The notes under the pieces: model-generated
Seen by the model: only the letters and a program-made list of their open reading frames with translations
Told to the model about the DNA's origin: nothing
Databases searched by the model: none
Source of the DNA: an uncultured Gemmatimonadales bacterium
GTDB taxonomy: Bacteria; Gemmatimonadota; Gemmatimonadetes; Longimicrobiales; RSA9
DNA: 64,000 nt
Assembly: GCA_963798085.1 (NCBI GenBank)
Contig: CAWCRS010000010.1
Location: 1 to 64,000 of the forward strand
Direction: 5' to 3'
In this document: piece by piece, positions 51,044 to 61,463 of the stretch
How the letters are laid out: each line of letters begins with the position of its first letter
Numbering within the stretch: position 1 is the stretch's first letter
Program-made: the position numbers and the translations under genes

Positions 51044-53170
51044 ATGATCCGCGTCTGGCCCGGCTCACCGCATCCCCTGGGCGCGACCTGGGACGGCGAA
51101 GGCGTGAACTTCGCCCTGTTCAGCGGCAATGCCACCGCTGTGGACCTCTGTCTGTTCGAGCACACGACCAATGTCGCGGAAATCCAGCGCGTTCGCCTGA
51201 CCGAACGCACGGATCGCGTGTGGCACGCCTATCTGCCCGATGTGCGGCCCGGACAGCTCTATGCCTTCCGCGTGCACGGCCCCTACGCGCCCGGGAGCGG
51301 CGACCGCTTCAACCCGAACAAGCTGTTAATCGACCCCTATGCCCGCGCCATCGCGGGCGGTGTCGTCTGGAGCGATGCGCTGTTCGGGTACCAGGCCGGC
51401 TCGGCCCAGGAGGATCTGTCGTTCGACACGCGCGACAGCGCACCGGGCGTGCCCAGGTGCGTGGTGGTCGACGATTCCTTTCCCTGGGGCGACGATGAGT
51501 CGCCACGCACACCGTGGCACCGCACCATCATCTACGAGTGCCACGTGAAGGGCATGACCATGCTGCACCCGGATGTGCCGGAACACCTGCGCGGCACGTA
51601 TCTGGGCCTGGCCGCGGACCCCATCATCGAGCACCTGCAGTCGCTGCATGTCACCGCGCTCGAGCTGATGCCCGTGCACCACGCGGTCTCGGAGCGCCGC
51701 CTGGTCGAGAACGGACTCACCAACTACTGGGGCTACAACTCCATCGGCTTCTTCGCGCCCGACTCCCGCCTCGCCACTGGTTACCTGGGCCGTCAGGTCA
51801 CGGAATTCAAGTCCATGGTGAAGCGACTGCACCGCGCGGGCATCGAAGTGATTCTGGACGTGGTCTACAATCACACGGCGGAAGGTGGCCGGCTGGGTCC
51901 CACGCTGTCGTTTCGTGGCATCGACAATCCATCCTACTACCGCCTGGATCCGGAGCAGCCGCGCAACTACGTCGATTTCACGGGCACGGGCAACACGCTG
52001 AATGTGCCGCACCCGCGCGCCATGCAGCTGGTGATGGACAGCCTGCGCTACTGGGTGCTCGAGATGCACGTGGACGGATTCCGCTTCGACCTGGCGTCGG
52101 CGCTGGCGAGGGAGCTGTACCAGGTGAACCGGCTGGGACGCTTCTTCGACATTATCCGGCAGGACCCGATCATCTCGCGTGTGAAGCTGATCGCGGAGCC
52201 GTGGGACCTGGGCGATGGCGGCTATCAGGTCGGCAACTTCCCGGTGGGCTGGGCCGAATGGAACGGCAAGTACCGCGACAGTGTGCGCCGGTTCTGGCGA
52301 GGCGATTCCGGGCAGGTGGCGGATCTCGCGTACCGGCTCTCGGGCAGCAGCGACCTGTACAGCAATGCGGAGCGCAGTCCGCACGCGAGCATCAACTACT
52401 CGACCGCGCACGATGGCATGACGCTCGACGACCTGGTCTCGTACGAGCGCAAGCACAACGAGTCCAACCTGGAAGACAACCGGGATGGCACGAACGCCAA
52501 CTGGTCGCGCAACTGGGGCGTCGAGGGGTCGACGCAGGAAGAGGAGATCCTCGAGCTGCGCGCACGCATCAAGCGCAACTTCATGGCCACGCTCGCCTTT
52601 TCGCAGGGCGTGCCCATGCTGTCGCACGGCGATGAGCTGGGACGCACGCAGAGCGGCAACAACAACGCGTACTGCCACGACAGCGAGCTGACCTGGGTGC
52701 GCTGGGACCTGGACACGCGCGAGCGCCGCTTCCTGCATTTCGTGCGGCGGGTATTCGAGGTACGTGCCCGCAACGCCGTGTTAAGACGGCGCACGTTCTT
52801 CCATGGTGAGCCCATTGTGCCGTCGGGCCTGAAGGATCTGGCGTGGCTGCACCCGGACGGGCGAGAGATGACGGAGGCGGACTGGCGTGAGGAGCGGCAG
52901 CATGCGCTGGGCATGCTGATTCACGGCCGGGCCACGGATGAGCGTGATGAGCGGGGCCGCCTGGCCGTCGGAGAGACCGTGCTGTTCGTGCTGAACGGCG
53001 GTGCGCGCGCCAGGCGCTTCGTGCTGCCCGTCCTGGTGGAGCCCGGCCACTGGATCGAGACGGTGAACACCACGCGCTCCGCCGAGCGGCCCATTCGCGC
53101 CAATGCCATCAGCATCGCTGCGTACTCGTGCGTCCTTCTCACGTTCGCGCGTTTCATACCGGCGGGCTGA
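51044..53170 (+). CDS. glgX: Glycogen debranching enzyme
   Basis: PLGATWDGEGVNFALFS, NYWGYNSIGFFAP, DVVYNHTAEG, VDGFRFDLA, IAEPWD, AHDG. Confidence 0.97.
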   Translation: MIRVWPGSPHPLGATWDGEGVNFALFSGNATAVDLCLFEHTTNVAEIQRVRLTERTDRVWHAYLPDVRPGQLYAFRVHGPYAPGSGDRFNPNKLLIDPYARAIAGGVVWSDALFGYQAGSAQEDLSFDTRDSAPGVPRCVVVDDSFPWGDDESPRTPWHRTIIYECHVKGMTMLHPDVPEHLRGTYLGLAADPIIEHLQSLHVTALELMPVHHAVSERRLVENGLTNYWGYNSIGFFAPDSRLATGYLGRQVTEFKSMVKRLHRAGIEVILDVVYNHTAEGGRLGPTLSFRGIDNPSYYRLDPEQPRNYVDFTGTGNTLNVPHPRAMQLVMDSLRYWVLEMHVDGFRFDLASALARELYQVNRLGRFFDIIRQDPIISRVKLIAEPWDLGDGGYQVGNFPVGWAEWNGKYRDSVRRFWRGDSGQVADLAYRLSGSSDLYSNAERSPHASINYSTAHDGMTLDDLVSYERKHNESNLEDNRDGTNANWSRNWGVEGSTQEEEILELRARIKRNFMATLAFSQGVPMLSHGDELGRTQSGNNNAYCHDSELTWVRWDLDTRERRFLHFVRRVFEVRARNAVLRRRTFFHGEPIVPSGLKDLAWLHPDGREMTEADWREERQHALGMLIHGRATDERDERGRLAVGETVLFVLNGGARARRFVLPVLVEPGHWIETVNTTRSAERPIRANAISIAAYSCVLLTFARFIPAG

Positions 53171-53197
53171 GCGCCTTCGACAAACGCATTCGGGATC

Positions 53198-55357
53198 GTG
53201 CCAGGCAGGCCTCTACTTCGCGCACTCGCCGACCGCGCCGGGATCAGCCCCGAGTTCACGGACAACCGGGGCAAACTCTGTGTTACGTCGGATGCGACGC
53301 GCGCGCTGCTGCTGGCCGCCATGGGCTGGGATGCGTCCAGCGAGGCGGCCGTCGCGCATGCGCTGGAGGCACTGCGCGAGCGCGCGGATACACCGCGCCT
53401 CGCGCGCGTGGAGCGACCTGCGCCCCTCGAGCTGCGCCTGCCCAATGGTGCAGAACGCAGCATCGAGTGGTCGCTCGAACTGGAAGCGGCAGACGGCGGC
53501 ACGACGCGCGCCGAGGGACGCGCCGGTATCCGGAAGGGGCAGCGTCGCCTGCGCCTGCCCGTGGAATCGCCGCGTGTGGCCGGCTACTACACAATGCGCG
53601 CGACACTGGGCGACGCGCCGGCCGTTACGCAATTCCTGATCGTCTCGCCAGCCACGTGCACTCGCCTCGAAAAGCGCATTGCTGCTCGCCGCTTCGGCAT
53701 TGTCGCCAACCTGTACACGCTGCGCACGCGCACCAACTGGGGCGCGGGCGACTTCACGGATCTGGAAGCGCTGGCGCAGTACAGCGCGCACGTGGGCGGC
53801 GTCTTCGTCGGCCTGAATCCGCTGCACGCCCTGCGCAATCGCGGCATGTGGGTCAGTCCGTACAGTCCCTCGAGCCGGCTCTTTCGCAATGCGCTGTACG
53901 TGGACGTCGCACGCGTGCCGGAGCTGGCGGACTCGCCCGCGACGCAGACACTGCTGGCCTCGCCGGAGTGGCGGGCGGAGCTGGAGCGACTGCGGGCGCT
54001 GCGTGGCGTCGATTACGAAGGTGTGATGCGCCTCAAGCGCGCCGCGCTGGAATCGCTGCACGGCGTGTTCCTCGCCCTGCCCGCGGGCTCACCCCGCCGC
54101 ACCGCGTACGACGCGTTCCAGCTGCGGCACGGCGCAACGCTGCGCGATTTCGCCACGTTTCAGGCGCTGGAAGAGCGATTCGCGCAGACCGGCGAGACGC
54201 GACTCGACTGGCGCACATGGCCGGCGCCGTTCCACGATCCCGCGTCGCCTGCCGTACGCGAATTCCGTGACAATGCGGCGCAGCGCATCGCGTTCCATCT
54301 CTGGGTGCAGTTCGAGCTGGATCGTCAGCTCGCGGAGGTGGCGCAGCGCGCGCAGGAAGCGGGCCTCGCGCTCGGCCTGTATGGCGATCTCGCGATCGGC
54401 TCGTCGCCGGGCGGCGCGGATCACTGGATGTTTCCGGGCCTGTTCGTGGATGGCGCGTACGTGGGCGCGCCACCCAATGCGTTCAGCGAAGTGGGCCAGG
54501 ACTGGGGCCTGCCGCCCGTGCACCCGTTGCGCCTCGCGCAGGACGGGTTCCGTTACTGGCGACTGCTGATCCGCAACGCGCTCGAACATTTCGGCGCATT
54601 GCGCATCGATCACGTCATGGGCCTGTTCCGCCAGTACTGGGTGCCGGCGGGTCACAAGGCGACGGAGGGAGCCTACGTCCGCTTCCCCTCGGCCGCATTG
54701 CTGGCAGTGCTCGCCATCGAGAGTCAGCGGCGAGGTGCCATCATCATTGGTGAAGACCTGGGCACGGTGCCGCGTGGAGTACCGGCCGCACTCGCACGAC
54801 TCGGCATCCTGTCCTCGCGCGTGCTCTACTTCGAGCGCGACAAGCGCGGTGCTTTCAAGCCGGCGAAAGCGTATTCGCGGCGCGCGCTGGTCACGGCTAA
54901 CACGCACGATCACGCGCCGCTGGCAGGCTTCTGGACCGGTCGCGACATCGAGCTGCGGCGCGCCGCCGAGTCGCTGCCGGACGAAGCGTCATGGCGACTT
55001 GCCGTGCAGGAGCGCGCGCGCGACAGAGAAGCTTTGCTGGCCCGCCTCGGCGCGGAGCACATTCTGCCCGCGGGCGCGCACCCTGACACGAGCGAATTCA
55101 CGACTGCCGTGCACCGTTTTCTCGCGCACACGCCCTCGCCGCTGCTGGGCATTGCGCTGGACGACCTGGCGGGCGAGCTGGAACCGGTGAACATCCCGGG
55201 CGTGACGGCGGAGCGCTACCGGAGCTGGACGCGACGCATGCACATCTCGCTCGAAGCACTGGCGGGCAGCGCCAGCGCCATCCGCGCGCTGAGCGGACTG
55301 CGCAGCCGCCTGGCGACGGGTGGGAAGCGCGCAGCGCGGCAGGACCCGCCCGGGTGA
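53198..55357 (+). CDS. malQ: 4-alpha-glucanotransferase (amylomaltase)
   Basis: SPYSPSSR, DLAIG, GAPP[N]AF..GQDWG, LRIDHVMG, IGEDLG, THD. Confidence 0.95.
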   Translation: MPGRPLLRALADRAGISPEFTDNRGKLCVTSDATRALLLAAMGWDASSEAAVAHALEALRERADTPRLARVERPAPLELRLPNGAERSIEWSLELEAADGGTTRAEGRAGIRKGQRRLRLPVESPRVAGYYTMRATLGDAPAVTQFLIVSPATCTRLEKRIAARRFGIVANLYTLRTRTNWGAGDFTDLEALAQYSAHVGGVFVGLNPLHALRNRGMWVSPYSPSSRLFRNALYVDVARVPELADSPATQTLLASPEWRAELERLRALRGVDYEGVMRLKRAALESLHGVFLALPAGSPRRTAYDAFQLRHGATLRDFATFQALEERFAQTGETRLDWRTWPAPFHDPASPAVREFRDNAAQRIAFHLWVQFELDRQLAEVAQRAQEAGLALGLYGDLAIGSSPGGADHWMFPGLFVDGAYVGAPPNAFSEVGQDWGLPPVHPLRLAQDGFRYWRLLIRNALEHFGALRIDHVMGLFRQYWVPAGHKATEGAYVRFPSAALLAVLAIESQRRGAIIIGEDLGTVPRGVPAALARLGILSSRVLYFERDKRGAFKPAKAYSRRALVTANTHDHAPLAGFWTGRDIELRRAAESLPDEASWRLAVQERARDREALLARLGAEHILPAGAHPDTSEFTTAVHRFLAHTPSPLLGIALDDLAGELEPVNIPGVTAERYRSWTRRMHISLEALAGSASAIRALSGLRSRLATGGKRAARQDPPG

Positions 55358-55427
55358 AGAGCGCGACCATTGCCAGCCGCGCGGCCGCGGCCTACCATGC
55401 CCGCGACCTCGACCGGAGACCGCAATC

Positions 55428-57788
55428 ATGGTCCGTCGCCTGCGTGCCATCCCGCTGCTGCTGCTCCTTGCCGCCGCTCCACTCACTGCGCAGAGCGTGC
55501 CCACGCCGCGCGAGCATTTCGGTTTCGACATTGGCGAGAACCGCAAGCTCGCGGACTGGAAACAGCTCACTGCGTACTACGAGAAGGTCGCGAAAGCCAG
55601 CCCGCGGGTGAAACTGGACACGATCGGCACGACCACGAAGGGCCTGCCTTTCGTGATGCTCACGATCACCAGCGAGCAGAATCAGGCGAAGCTGGCCGAG
55701 CTGCGGGACATCCAGCTGCGGCTCGCGGATCCTCGCCGCATCAGCGGACCGCAGGAGCTGGAGCGGCTGCTGCAGCAGGGTCGCAACGTGGTGCTCATCA
55801 CGCACAGCATTCACTCGACGGAAGTGGGCGGCGCGCAGACGGCGGCGCGCGTGATCTACAAGCTGGCGTCGTCGAACGACGCGCAGGTCCGCGAGATCCT
55901 CGACAACGTCATCCTGCTCGATGTCCCCTCGCTCAACCCGGACGGTACGCAGTGGGTGAACGAGTGGTACATGAAGTACGCGGGCACGGATTTCGACGGC
56001 ACCGCGCCACCCTGGCTGTATCACTTCTACACGGGCCACGACAACAATCGCGACTGGTACGCCTTCACGCAGAAGGAAACGCAGGCCACGGTGCTGAAGG
56101 CGCACAATGCGTGGCATCCCGAGATCGTGAACGACATTCACCAGATGGGCGGCACCGGCGCGCGCATGTACATGCCACCCTACATCGACCCGGTGGAGCC
56201 CAACGTCGATCCGGCAATCATCGCGGCAGTCAACGGCCTCGGCACTTCCATGGCGGCGGAGCTGACGGCGGAGGGCAAGGCGGGAGTCGTGATCGATGCC
56301 ATCTACGACGCATGGACGCCGGCGCGCGCGTATCAGCATTACCACGGCGGCGTGCGCATCCTCACGGAAACCGCGTCGGCGCGCATTGCCACGCCCATCA
56401 ATGTGAAGAAGGAATCGATCCGTGGCGGGCGGGAATACGAAGCCAGCGAGAGCAGCTGGAAGTATCCGCTGCCGTGGTGGGGCGGCGAGTGGGGTCTCTC
56501 GAACATCGTCGACTATCAGGAAGCCGGCATCTGGGCGCTGCTCTCGCACGCCGCGAAGAATCGCCGCTACTGGCTGGAAAACTTCTACCACATCAACCAG
56601 CGCGCGGTGGATGGCTGGCCGCAGTGGCCGGCCGCGTGGGTGATTCCGGCGGATCAGGCGAATCGCGCCGGCCTTTCCTTCGCCCTTCGCATCCTGACCA
56701 TGGCCGACGTCGAAGTGCACCGCGCAACCGCGCCCTTCTCCGTCACCATTGATCGTGGTCGCACGCTGCTGCCCGCATGGCCCGACAGCATGAAGCACTC
56801 GTTTCCGGCCGGCTCGTACGTGATTCCCATGAAGCAGCCGTACGCGTCCTTCGCGGAGACCATGCTCGAGGTGCAGCACTATCCCGATCTGCGCGAGTTC
56901 CCCGGCGGACCGCCGAAGCAGCCGTACAATGTGACCGCGCACACACTGCCGCTGCTCATGAATTTCCTGGCGGTACCCGTGCAGCAGTTCGACGGGCAGG
57001 CGCCGCCGCTCTCGGATGCGATTCCGCTGCAGGAGTGGCAGTTCGAGGCGCCGGCCGCGCTGCGCGGCCGCAATGCGCCCCGCATCGGGCTCTACAAGTC
57101 GTGGCAGGAGTCGCAGGAGAGCGGCTGGACCCGCTGGATGTTCGACGTGAACCAGCTGGGGTACGACACGATCAAGGACACGCGCATGCGCGCCGGGAAT
57201 CTGCGCAAGGACTATGACGTGATCCTGCTGCAGTCGCAGTCACCCGGCTCGATCCGCAACGGCAACGAGGAAGGCTCGCTGCCTGCCGAATACACGGGCG
57301 GCATCGGCGACGAGGGGACGGAAGCGCTCAAGCAGTTCGTGCAGCAGGGCGGCCGCCTGGTCGCCATCGAGGACGCCACGGAGTTCGCCATCGACCTGTT
57401 CGGCATCAACGTATCCAGCGCCGTGGCCGGGTTGCGACCGCAGGACTTCTACGTACCCGGCTCCATCGTCAGGATGACCATGGATACGACGCGCGCGCTG
57501 GCCGCGGGTGTTGCCGACACCGTGTACGCCTGGTACTGGGACGCCAGCCGCTCCTTCAATGTGCGCGACCCCGATGTTCATGTAATCGCGCGTTATGGAC
57601 CGGACAACCCGGTCGTTTCCGGGTGGATCCTCGGCCCTGAACGGCTGGCCAATCGTCCGGCATTGCTGGAGAAGACCGTGGGCCAGGGTTCGGTGGTGCT
57701 GTTCGGCTTCCAGCCCAATTATCGCGGCCACAGCGTCTCGACCTGGCCCCTGTTGTGGAATGCGCTGACCGTACCGCGAAAACGGTGA
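55428..57788 (+). CDS. Secreted M14-family zinc carboxypeptidase-like protein
   Basis: Signal peptide; SIHSTE, NPDG, HDNNRDW, DIHQM; C-terminal GWTRW and LFGFQPNYRG. Confidence 0.9.
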   Translation: MVRRLRAIPLLLLLAAAPLTAQSVPTPREHFGFDIGENRKLADWKQLTAYYEKVAKASPRVKLDTIGTTTKGLPFVMLTITSEQNQAKLAELRDIQLRLADPRRISGPQELERLLQQGRNVVLITHSIHSTEVGGAQTAARVIYKLASSNDAQVREILDNVILLDVPSLNPDGTQWVNEWYMKYAGTDFDGTAPPWLYHFYTGHDNNRDWYAFTQKETQATVLKAHNAWHPEIVNDIHQMGGTGARMYMPPYIDPVEPNVDPAIIAAVNGLGTSMAAELTAEGKAGVVIDAIYDAWTPARAYQHYHGGVRILTETASARIATPINVKKESIRGGREYEASESSWKYPLPWWGGEWGLSNIVDYQEAGIWALLSHAAKNRRYWLENFYHINQRAVDGWPQWPAAWVIPADQANRAGLSFALRILTMADVEVHRATAPFSVTIDRGRTLLPAWPDSMKHSFPAGSYVIPMKQPYASFAETMLEVQHYPDLREFPGGPPKQPYNVTAHTLPLLMNFLAVPVQQFDGQAPPLSDAIPLQEWQFEAPAALRGRNAPRIGLYKSWQESQESGWTRWMFDVNQLGYDTIKDTRMRAGNLRKDYDVILLQSQSPGSIRNGNEEGSLPAEYTGGIGDEGTEALKQFVQQGGRLVAIEDATEFAIDLFGINVSSAVAGLRPQDFYVPGSIVRMTMDTTRALAAGVADTVYAWYWDASRSFNVRDPDVHVIARYGPDNPVVSGWILGPERLANRPALLEKTVGQGSVVLFGFQPNYRGHSVSTWPLLWNALTVPRKR

Positions 57789-57792
57789 TGCC

Positions 57793-58269
57793 ATGATCGA
57801 TGCACTGAAGCGCATGAACGGCCACATCGCCTGGGCCGACAACCGCATTCTGGAGGCGCTGCGGCACGCCGGCGACGCCTCGCCGCGTGCCCTGGAAATC
57901 TTCGCGCACGTGCTGGGCTCGGAGCACGTGTGGCTCACGCGCATGCTGGGCACGAGCGCGCGCGTGGCCGTGTGGCCCGCATACGACGTCGACCAGTGCG
58001 CCGAGCTGGCGGCCGCGAATCACGAGGCCGCCGCCGCGTTCCTCGACTCGCTGGATGACGAATCCGTCGAGCGCTCCGTGCACTACCGCAACAGCGCGGG
58101 CGCCGCGTTCGACTCGAAGCTCTCGGACATCCTCATGCATATGGCGCTGCACGGCGCGTATCACCGCGGCCAGGTGAACCTGCTGCTGCGCGGTGCGGGC
58201 GCCGAGCCCATGCCCACGGACTACATCGCGCTCTCCCGCGGCGCGCCCGCGGCCACGCGCACACCGTAG
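57793..58269 (+). CDS. DinB family protein
   Basis: WADNRIL, FAHV, HMALHGAYHRGQ, TDYI. Confidence 0.9.
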   Translation: MIDALKRMNGHIAWADNRILEALRHAGDASPRALEIFAHVLGSEHVWLTRMLGTSARVAVWPAYDVDQCAELAAANHEAAAAFLDSLDDESVERSVHYRNSAGAAFDSKLSDILMHMALHGAYHRGQVNLLLRGAGAEPMPTDYIALSRGAPAATRTP

Positions 58270-58301
58270 CGCTCAGGCTCGGGCATGCAGGAGCCGCTGG
58301 C

Positions 58302-59210
58302 ATGAGCGACAAAGTGCAGCTCGGGATTCGCTCGGCGCGGCTCGGACTCATCGTTAATGCCGCACTGGTGAGCATCAAGGTTACCGCCGGACTGCTCGGC
58401 AACTCCTACGCGCTGGTTGCCGACGGCGTCGAGTCCGGCACGGATGTGTTCTCCTCGCTCATCGTCTGGCGAGGCATCTCGATATCGGCACGCTCGGCCA
58501 ATGAGCAGTTCCATTTCGGCTACGGCAAGGCGGAAACGCTCTCGGCCGCCGCCGTTTCGCTCATGCTGCTGGCGGCCGCCGCCGGCATTGCCATCGAAGC
58601 CGTACGCGAGATCGCCTCACCGCATCACGGGCCCGCTGCCTTCACGCTGATCGTTCTGGTCGCGGTGATTGCCACCAAGGAGCTGCTGTTCCGCAAGGTG
58701 CGCGCGGTCAGCGGCGACCTGAGCAGCCGCGCCCTCGAAGCCAATGCCTGGCACCATCGCTCCAATGCCATCACATCGACAGCCGCATTCGTGGGCATCA
58801 GTCTGGCCCTGATCGGTGGCCCCGCATGGGCACCCGCCGACGATTGGGCCGCACTCTTCGCATCCTTCGTGATCGCGTTCAACGGCGCCCGCCTGCTGCG
58901 CCCCGCCGTGATCGACCTGATGGACCGCGCGCCCGACGCACCCGTGCTCGACCTGGTACGGCGCCTGGCCGGCGGCGTGCCCGGCGTGCTTGCCGTCGAG
59001 AAGATCCAGGCAAGGCGAGGCGGCATGGGCTACCTCGTCGTCATCCACGTGCAAGCCGACCCCCACCTGCCCCTGCGCGATGCCCACAGGCTCGGTGGCC
59101 GCGTACGCAGCGCCCTCCGCCAGGACGACACCATTATCGACGCCTTCGTCCACATGGAGCCCTACGAGTCACTCACCGCAGAGGGCGCTGTGGACGCAGA
59201 GGAAACGTAG
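58302..59210 (+). CDS. Cation diffusion facilitator transporter (FieF-like)
   Basis: SYALVADGVESGTD, FGYGKAE, HHRS[N]A, VHMEP. Confidence 0.92.
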   Translation: MSDKVQLGIRSARLGLIVNAALVSIKVTAGLLGNSYALVADGVESGTDVFSSLIVWRGISISARSANEQFHFGYGKAETLSAAAVSLMLLAAAAGIAIEAVREIASPHHGPAAFTLIVLVAVIATKELLFRKVRAVSGDLSSRALEANAWHHRSNAITSTAAFVGISLALIGGPAWAPADDWAALFASFVIAFNGARLLRPAVIDLMDRAPDAPVLDLVRRLAGGVPGVLAVEKIQARRGGMGYLVVIHVQADPHLPLRDAHRLGGRVRSALRQDDTIIDAFVHMEPYESLTAEGAVDAEET

Positions 59211-59266
59211 GGAGATTCTCGCAGTGGTGCCTCGACCCTCCGCGTTCTCACGCGCTCTGCGCGGTG
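59174..59266. repeat. Imperfect inverted repeat spanning the convergent CDF/transaldolase stops
   Basis: CACCGCAGAGGGCGCTGTGGACGCAGAGG vs CCTCCGCGTTCTCACGCGCTCTGCGCGGTG. Confidence 0.55.
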
Positions 59267-60363
59267 GAGGTAGTCAGGAGTTGTGAGCGTTTGGATTCGA
59301 GGGACTGCATCAGCTGGTCGAACGATTCGGCGAACTTCCTGACGCCGTCCCGCTGCAGCTCCTCGGTGACGTCGTGCATGTCGATGCCCAGGCTGGCGAG
59401 CTGCACCAGGCTGTGGCGGGCTCCATCCACAGCTTCGGTCAGCGTCACGCGGGCGGTGCCGTGGTCGAGGAACGCGTCGATGGTCTCCGGTGGTACGGTG
59501 TTGACCGTCTCGGGACCGATCAGGCCGTCGACGTACTTGGTGTCAGGGTAGTCCGGATTCTTGGTGCTGGTGCTGCCGAAGAGCACACGCTGCGCACGCG
59601 CGCCGCGCGCGGCCAGCGCGCTGAAGGCCGGGCCGTGGAAGACCTGGAGGAAACTCTGGTACGCCAACTTCGCGTTAGCAATGGCGGCAACACCGCGCAG
59701 GGCACGCGCTGCGGGTGTGCCCATGGCCTCCAGTTTCCTGTCGATCAGCGTGTCCACGCGGCTGACGAAGAAGGAGGCGACCGACGCGATACGGCGGGGG
59801 TCCGCGGTGCGGCGCAGGCCGCGCAGATACGCATCGGCGACGGCATTGTAGTGCGCCAGCGAGAACATGAGCGTGGCGTTGACGTTGATGCCGGCCGCGA
59901 AGAGTTCCTCCATGGCGGGCACGCCTTCGGGCGTGGCCGGGATCTTGATCATGACGTTGGGCCGGTTCGTCTCGGCCCACAGGCGCTTCGCCTCCTGCAC
60001 ACTGCCGGCCGTGTCGTGGGCAAGGTGCGGCGAGACTTCCAGGCTCACATAGCCGTCATCGCCGCCTGATTCGTCCCACACCGGCCGCAGCACATCGGCG
60101 GCCTCCTGGATGTCCGTGATGGCAAGCTGCTCGAACAGCGCGGCCACCGGCGTCTCCGCATCCGCATGGATCGCCGCGCGCAGGTCGGCGTCGTATTCCG
60201 TACCGCCGCTGATCGCCTTCTCGAAGATCAATGGATTGCTGGTCACGCCGCGCAGGCCGCCATCGACGAGCTGCTTCAGCTCGCCTTTGCGCACCAGATT
60301 GCGGCGAATGAAATCGAGCCACACAGACTGACCGAGTGCGTGCAGGTCCTTCATGCTCGGCAT
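59248..60363 (-). CDS. tal: Transaldolase
   Basis: GQSVWLD, GVTSNP, YVSLEVSP, MIKIPAT, NVNATLMFS, SVASFFVSRVD, STSTKNP, TVNT. Confidence 0.96.
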   Translation of the reverse strand: MPSMKDLHALGQSVWLDFIRRNLVRKGELKQLVDGGLRGVTSNPLIFEKAISGGTEYDADLRAAIHADAETPVAALFEQLAITDIQEAADVLRPVWDESGGDDGYVSLEVSPHLAHDTAGSVQEAKRLWAETNRPNVMIKIPATPEGVPAMEELFAAGINVNATLMFSLAHYNAVADAYLRGLRRTADPRRIASVASFFVSRVDTLIDRKLEAMGTPAARALRGVAAIANAKLAYQSFLQVFHGPAFSALAARGARAQRVLFGSTSTKNPDYPDTKYVDGLIGPETVNTVPPETIDAFLDHGTARVTLTEAVDGARHSLVQLASLGIDMHDVTEELQRDGVRKFAESFDQLMQSLESKRSQLLTTSTAQSA

Positions 60364-60567
60364 TTGATCGCTCCTGGTCGGGAGAATCCGATCCCGCGTC
60401 CGTACCTTCGGTGGGCGCCGCCCTGCGGCATCCCCCCGGCGGTCATCTGACTATACCCCTTCCCCCCGCACGGTGTCCACCGCCCCAGCACCCAGCGCAG
60501 CTCGGCGAAGGTCAATGTGTGCCCGACCGAGCCCGCCGCAGGTCGTTGTCACCCAGCCCGCGCGGTA

Positions 60568-60602
60568 ATCCGTCCTCAGTCCCGCTGCGGCCACTGCGTG
60601 AG
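60568..60602 (+). repeat. Solo copy of the 39.4-kb repeat arm
   Basis: ATCCGTCCTCAGTCCCGCTGCGGCCACTGCGTGAG vs ATCCGTCCTCAGTACCCCTGTGGCCTCTGTGTGAG. Confidence 0.65.
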
Positions 60603-60785
60603 CCATCCGTTCTCCGCGCCCTCGCCTGCCGCCCCTCGAGCAGCCTCTAACAGCGAGCTAGTAGCATGAAATGGGCTGCGACGGAGAGGCACACGGGGTG
60701 TGCGCGGTGGCCTGGCGTCAGGATGAGAGAAGGCCCGGTGCCAGCAACCGGCACCGGGCCCCCCGACGCAGCTCCTTGTGCAGCC

Positions 60786-61463
60786 TCAGGAAGCGCGGCG
60801 ACCCTCGTGGCTGGCGGCAGGCGATGCGGGTGCCGCCTCGTCGTCGGCCGCGCTCTCGTCCACCATGTCCTCTTCCTCGACCGGCATTTCGTAGAGGCGT
60901 TCCAGCAGACCGTGGTAGAGCGGCTCGTACAGGCCCTCGCGCAGCGCCAGCTCGCGGACGTACGTGCGCGCCAGCTCGGCCGGGCCGGTCTGCGGGTCCG
61001 CAGATTCGCAGAGACCCAGCAGGTTTTCGACGTGAATGCGCAGCAGCTTGCTCTCCACGTGCCCGCCATGCAGCTCCACCCACTCGCGGAAGGCGTAGTT
61101 GCGCCGGCCGCTGAGGCGCTTGCGGATGCGCTCCACCAGCGATGCCGTGATGTCCCACTCGACGGCCCCGTCGATTGCTACGAACGTGTTAGGCAGCTGC
61201 GTCACGTCCGTATTGGAGACCTGGCCGAGGTACACCAGCACGCGATTGCGCAGCGCCTGCAGGTCGATCTCCGACAGGTAGTGCAGACGCGCGTAGATCA
61301 CGAGCAGCTGCGGCGCCGCCACTTCGCCCTGGCCGCGCCGGATCAGCTCCAGCACGAACCGGAAATGGGCATCGCCCAGCCGCTGTCGCGCCACCGCCAG
61401 CGCCACGTTCAGATTGGTCGCCTGCGCCTGTGCGGCGCTCGCGGACCGCTGCTTCCGGCTCAT
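60786..61463 (-). CDS. Hypothetical helical protein with acidic tail
   Basis: MSRKQRS...IYARLHYL...FREWVELHGGHVE...EEEDMVDE; host-like codon usage. Confidence 0.75.
   Translation of the reverse strand: MSRKQRSASAAQAQATNLNVALAVARQRLGDAHFRFVLELIRRGQGEVAAPQLLVIYARLHYLSEIDLQALRNRVLVYLGQVSNTDVTQLPNTFVAIDGAVEWDITASLVERIRKRLSGRRNYAFREWVELHGGHVESKLLRIHVENLLGLCESADPQTGPAELARTYVRELALREGLYEPLYHGLLERLYEMPVEEEDMVDESAADDEAAPASPAASHEGRRAS

Noticed and set aside
54475..58767. A-to-I mRNA editing or an alternative genetic code (AAT read as Asp) to explain the D->N sites
   Set aside because: The same motif in the opposite orientation gives an apparent TCG->TTG change in transaldolase, and other AAT codons encode expected Asn (pncB TSNV, DASS TPPN); this points to a DNA-level effect.
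58742..58767. CDF transporter with a novel metal site (HHRSN)
   Set aside because: Both Asn codons fall in the suspect CAATG context; probably Asp.
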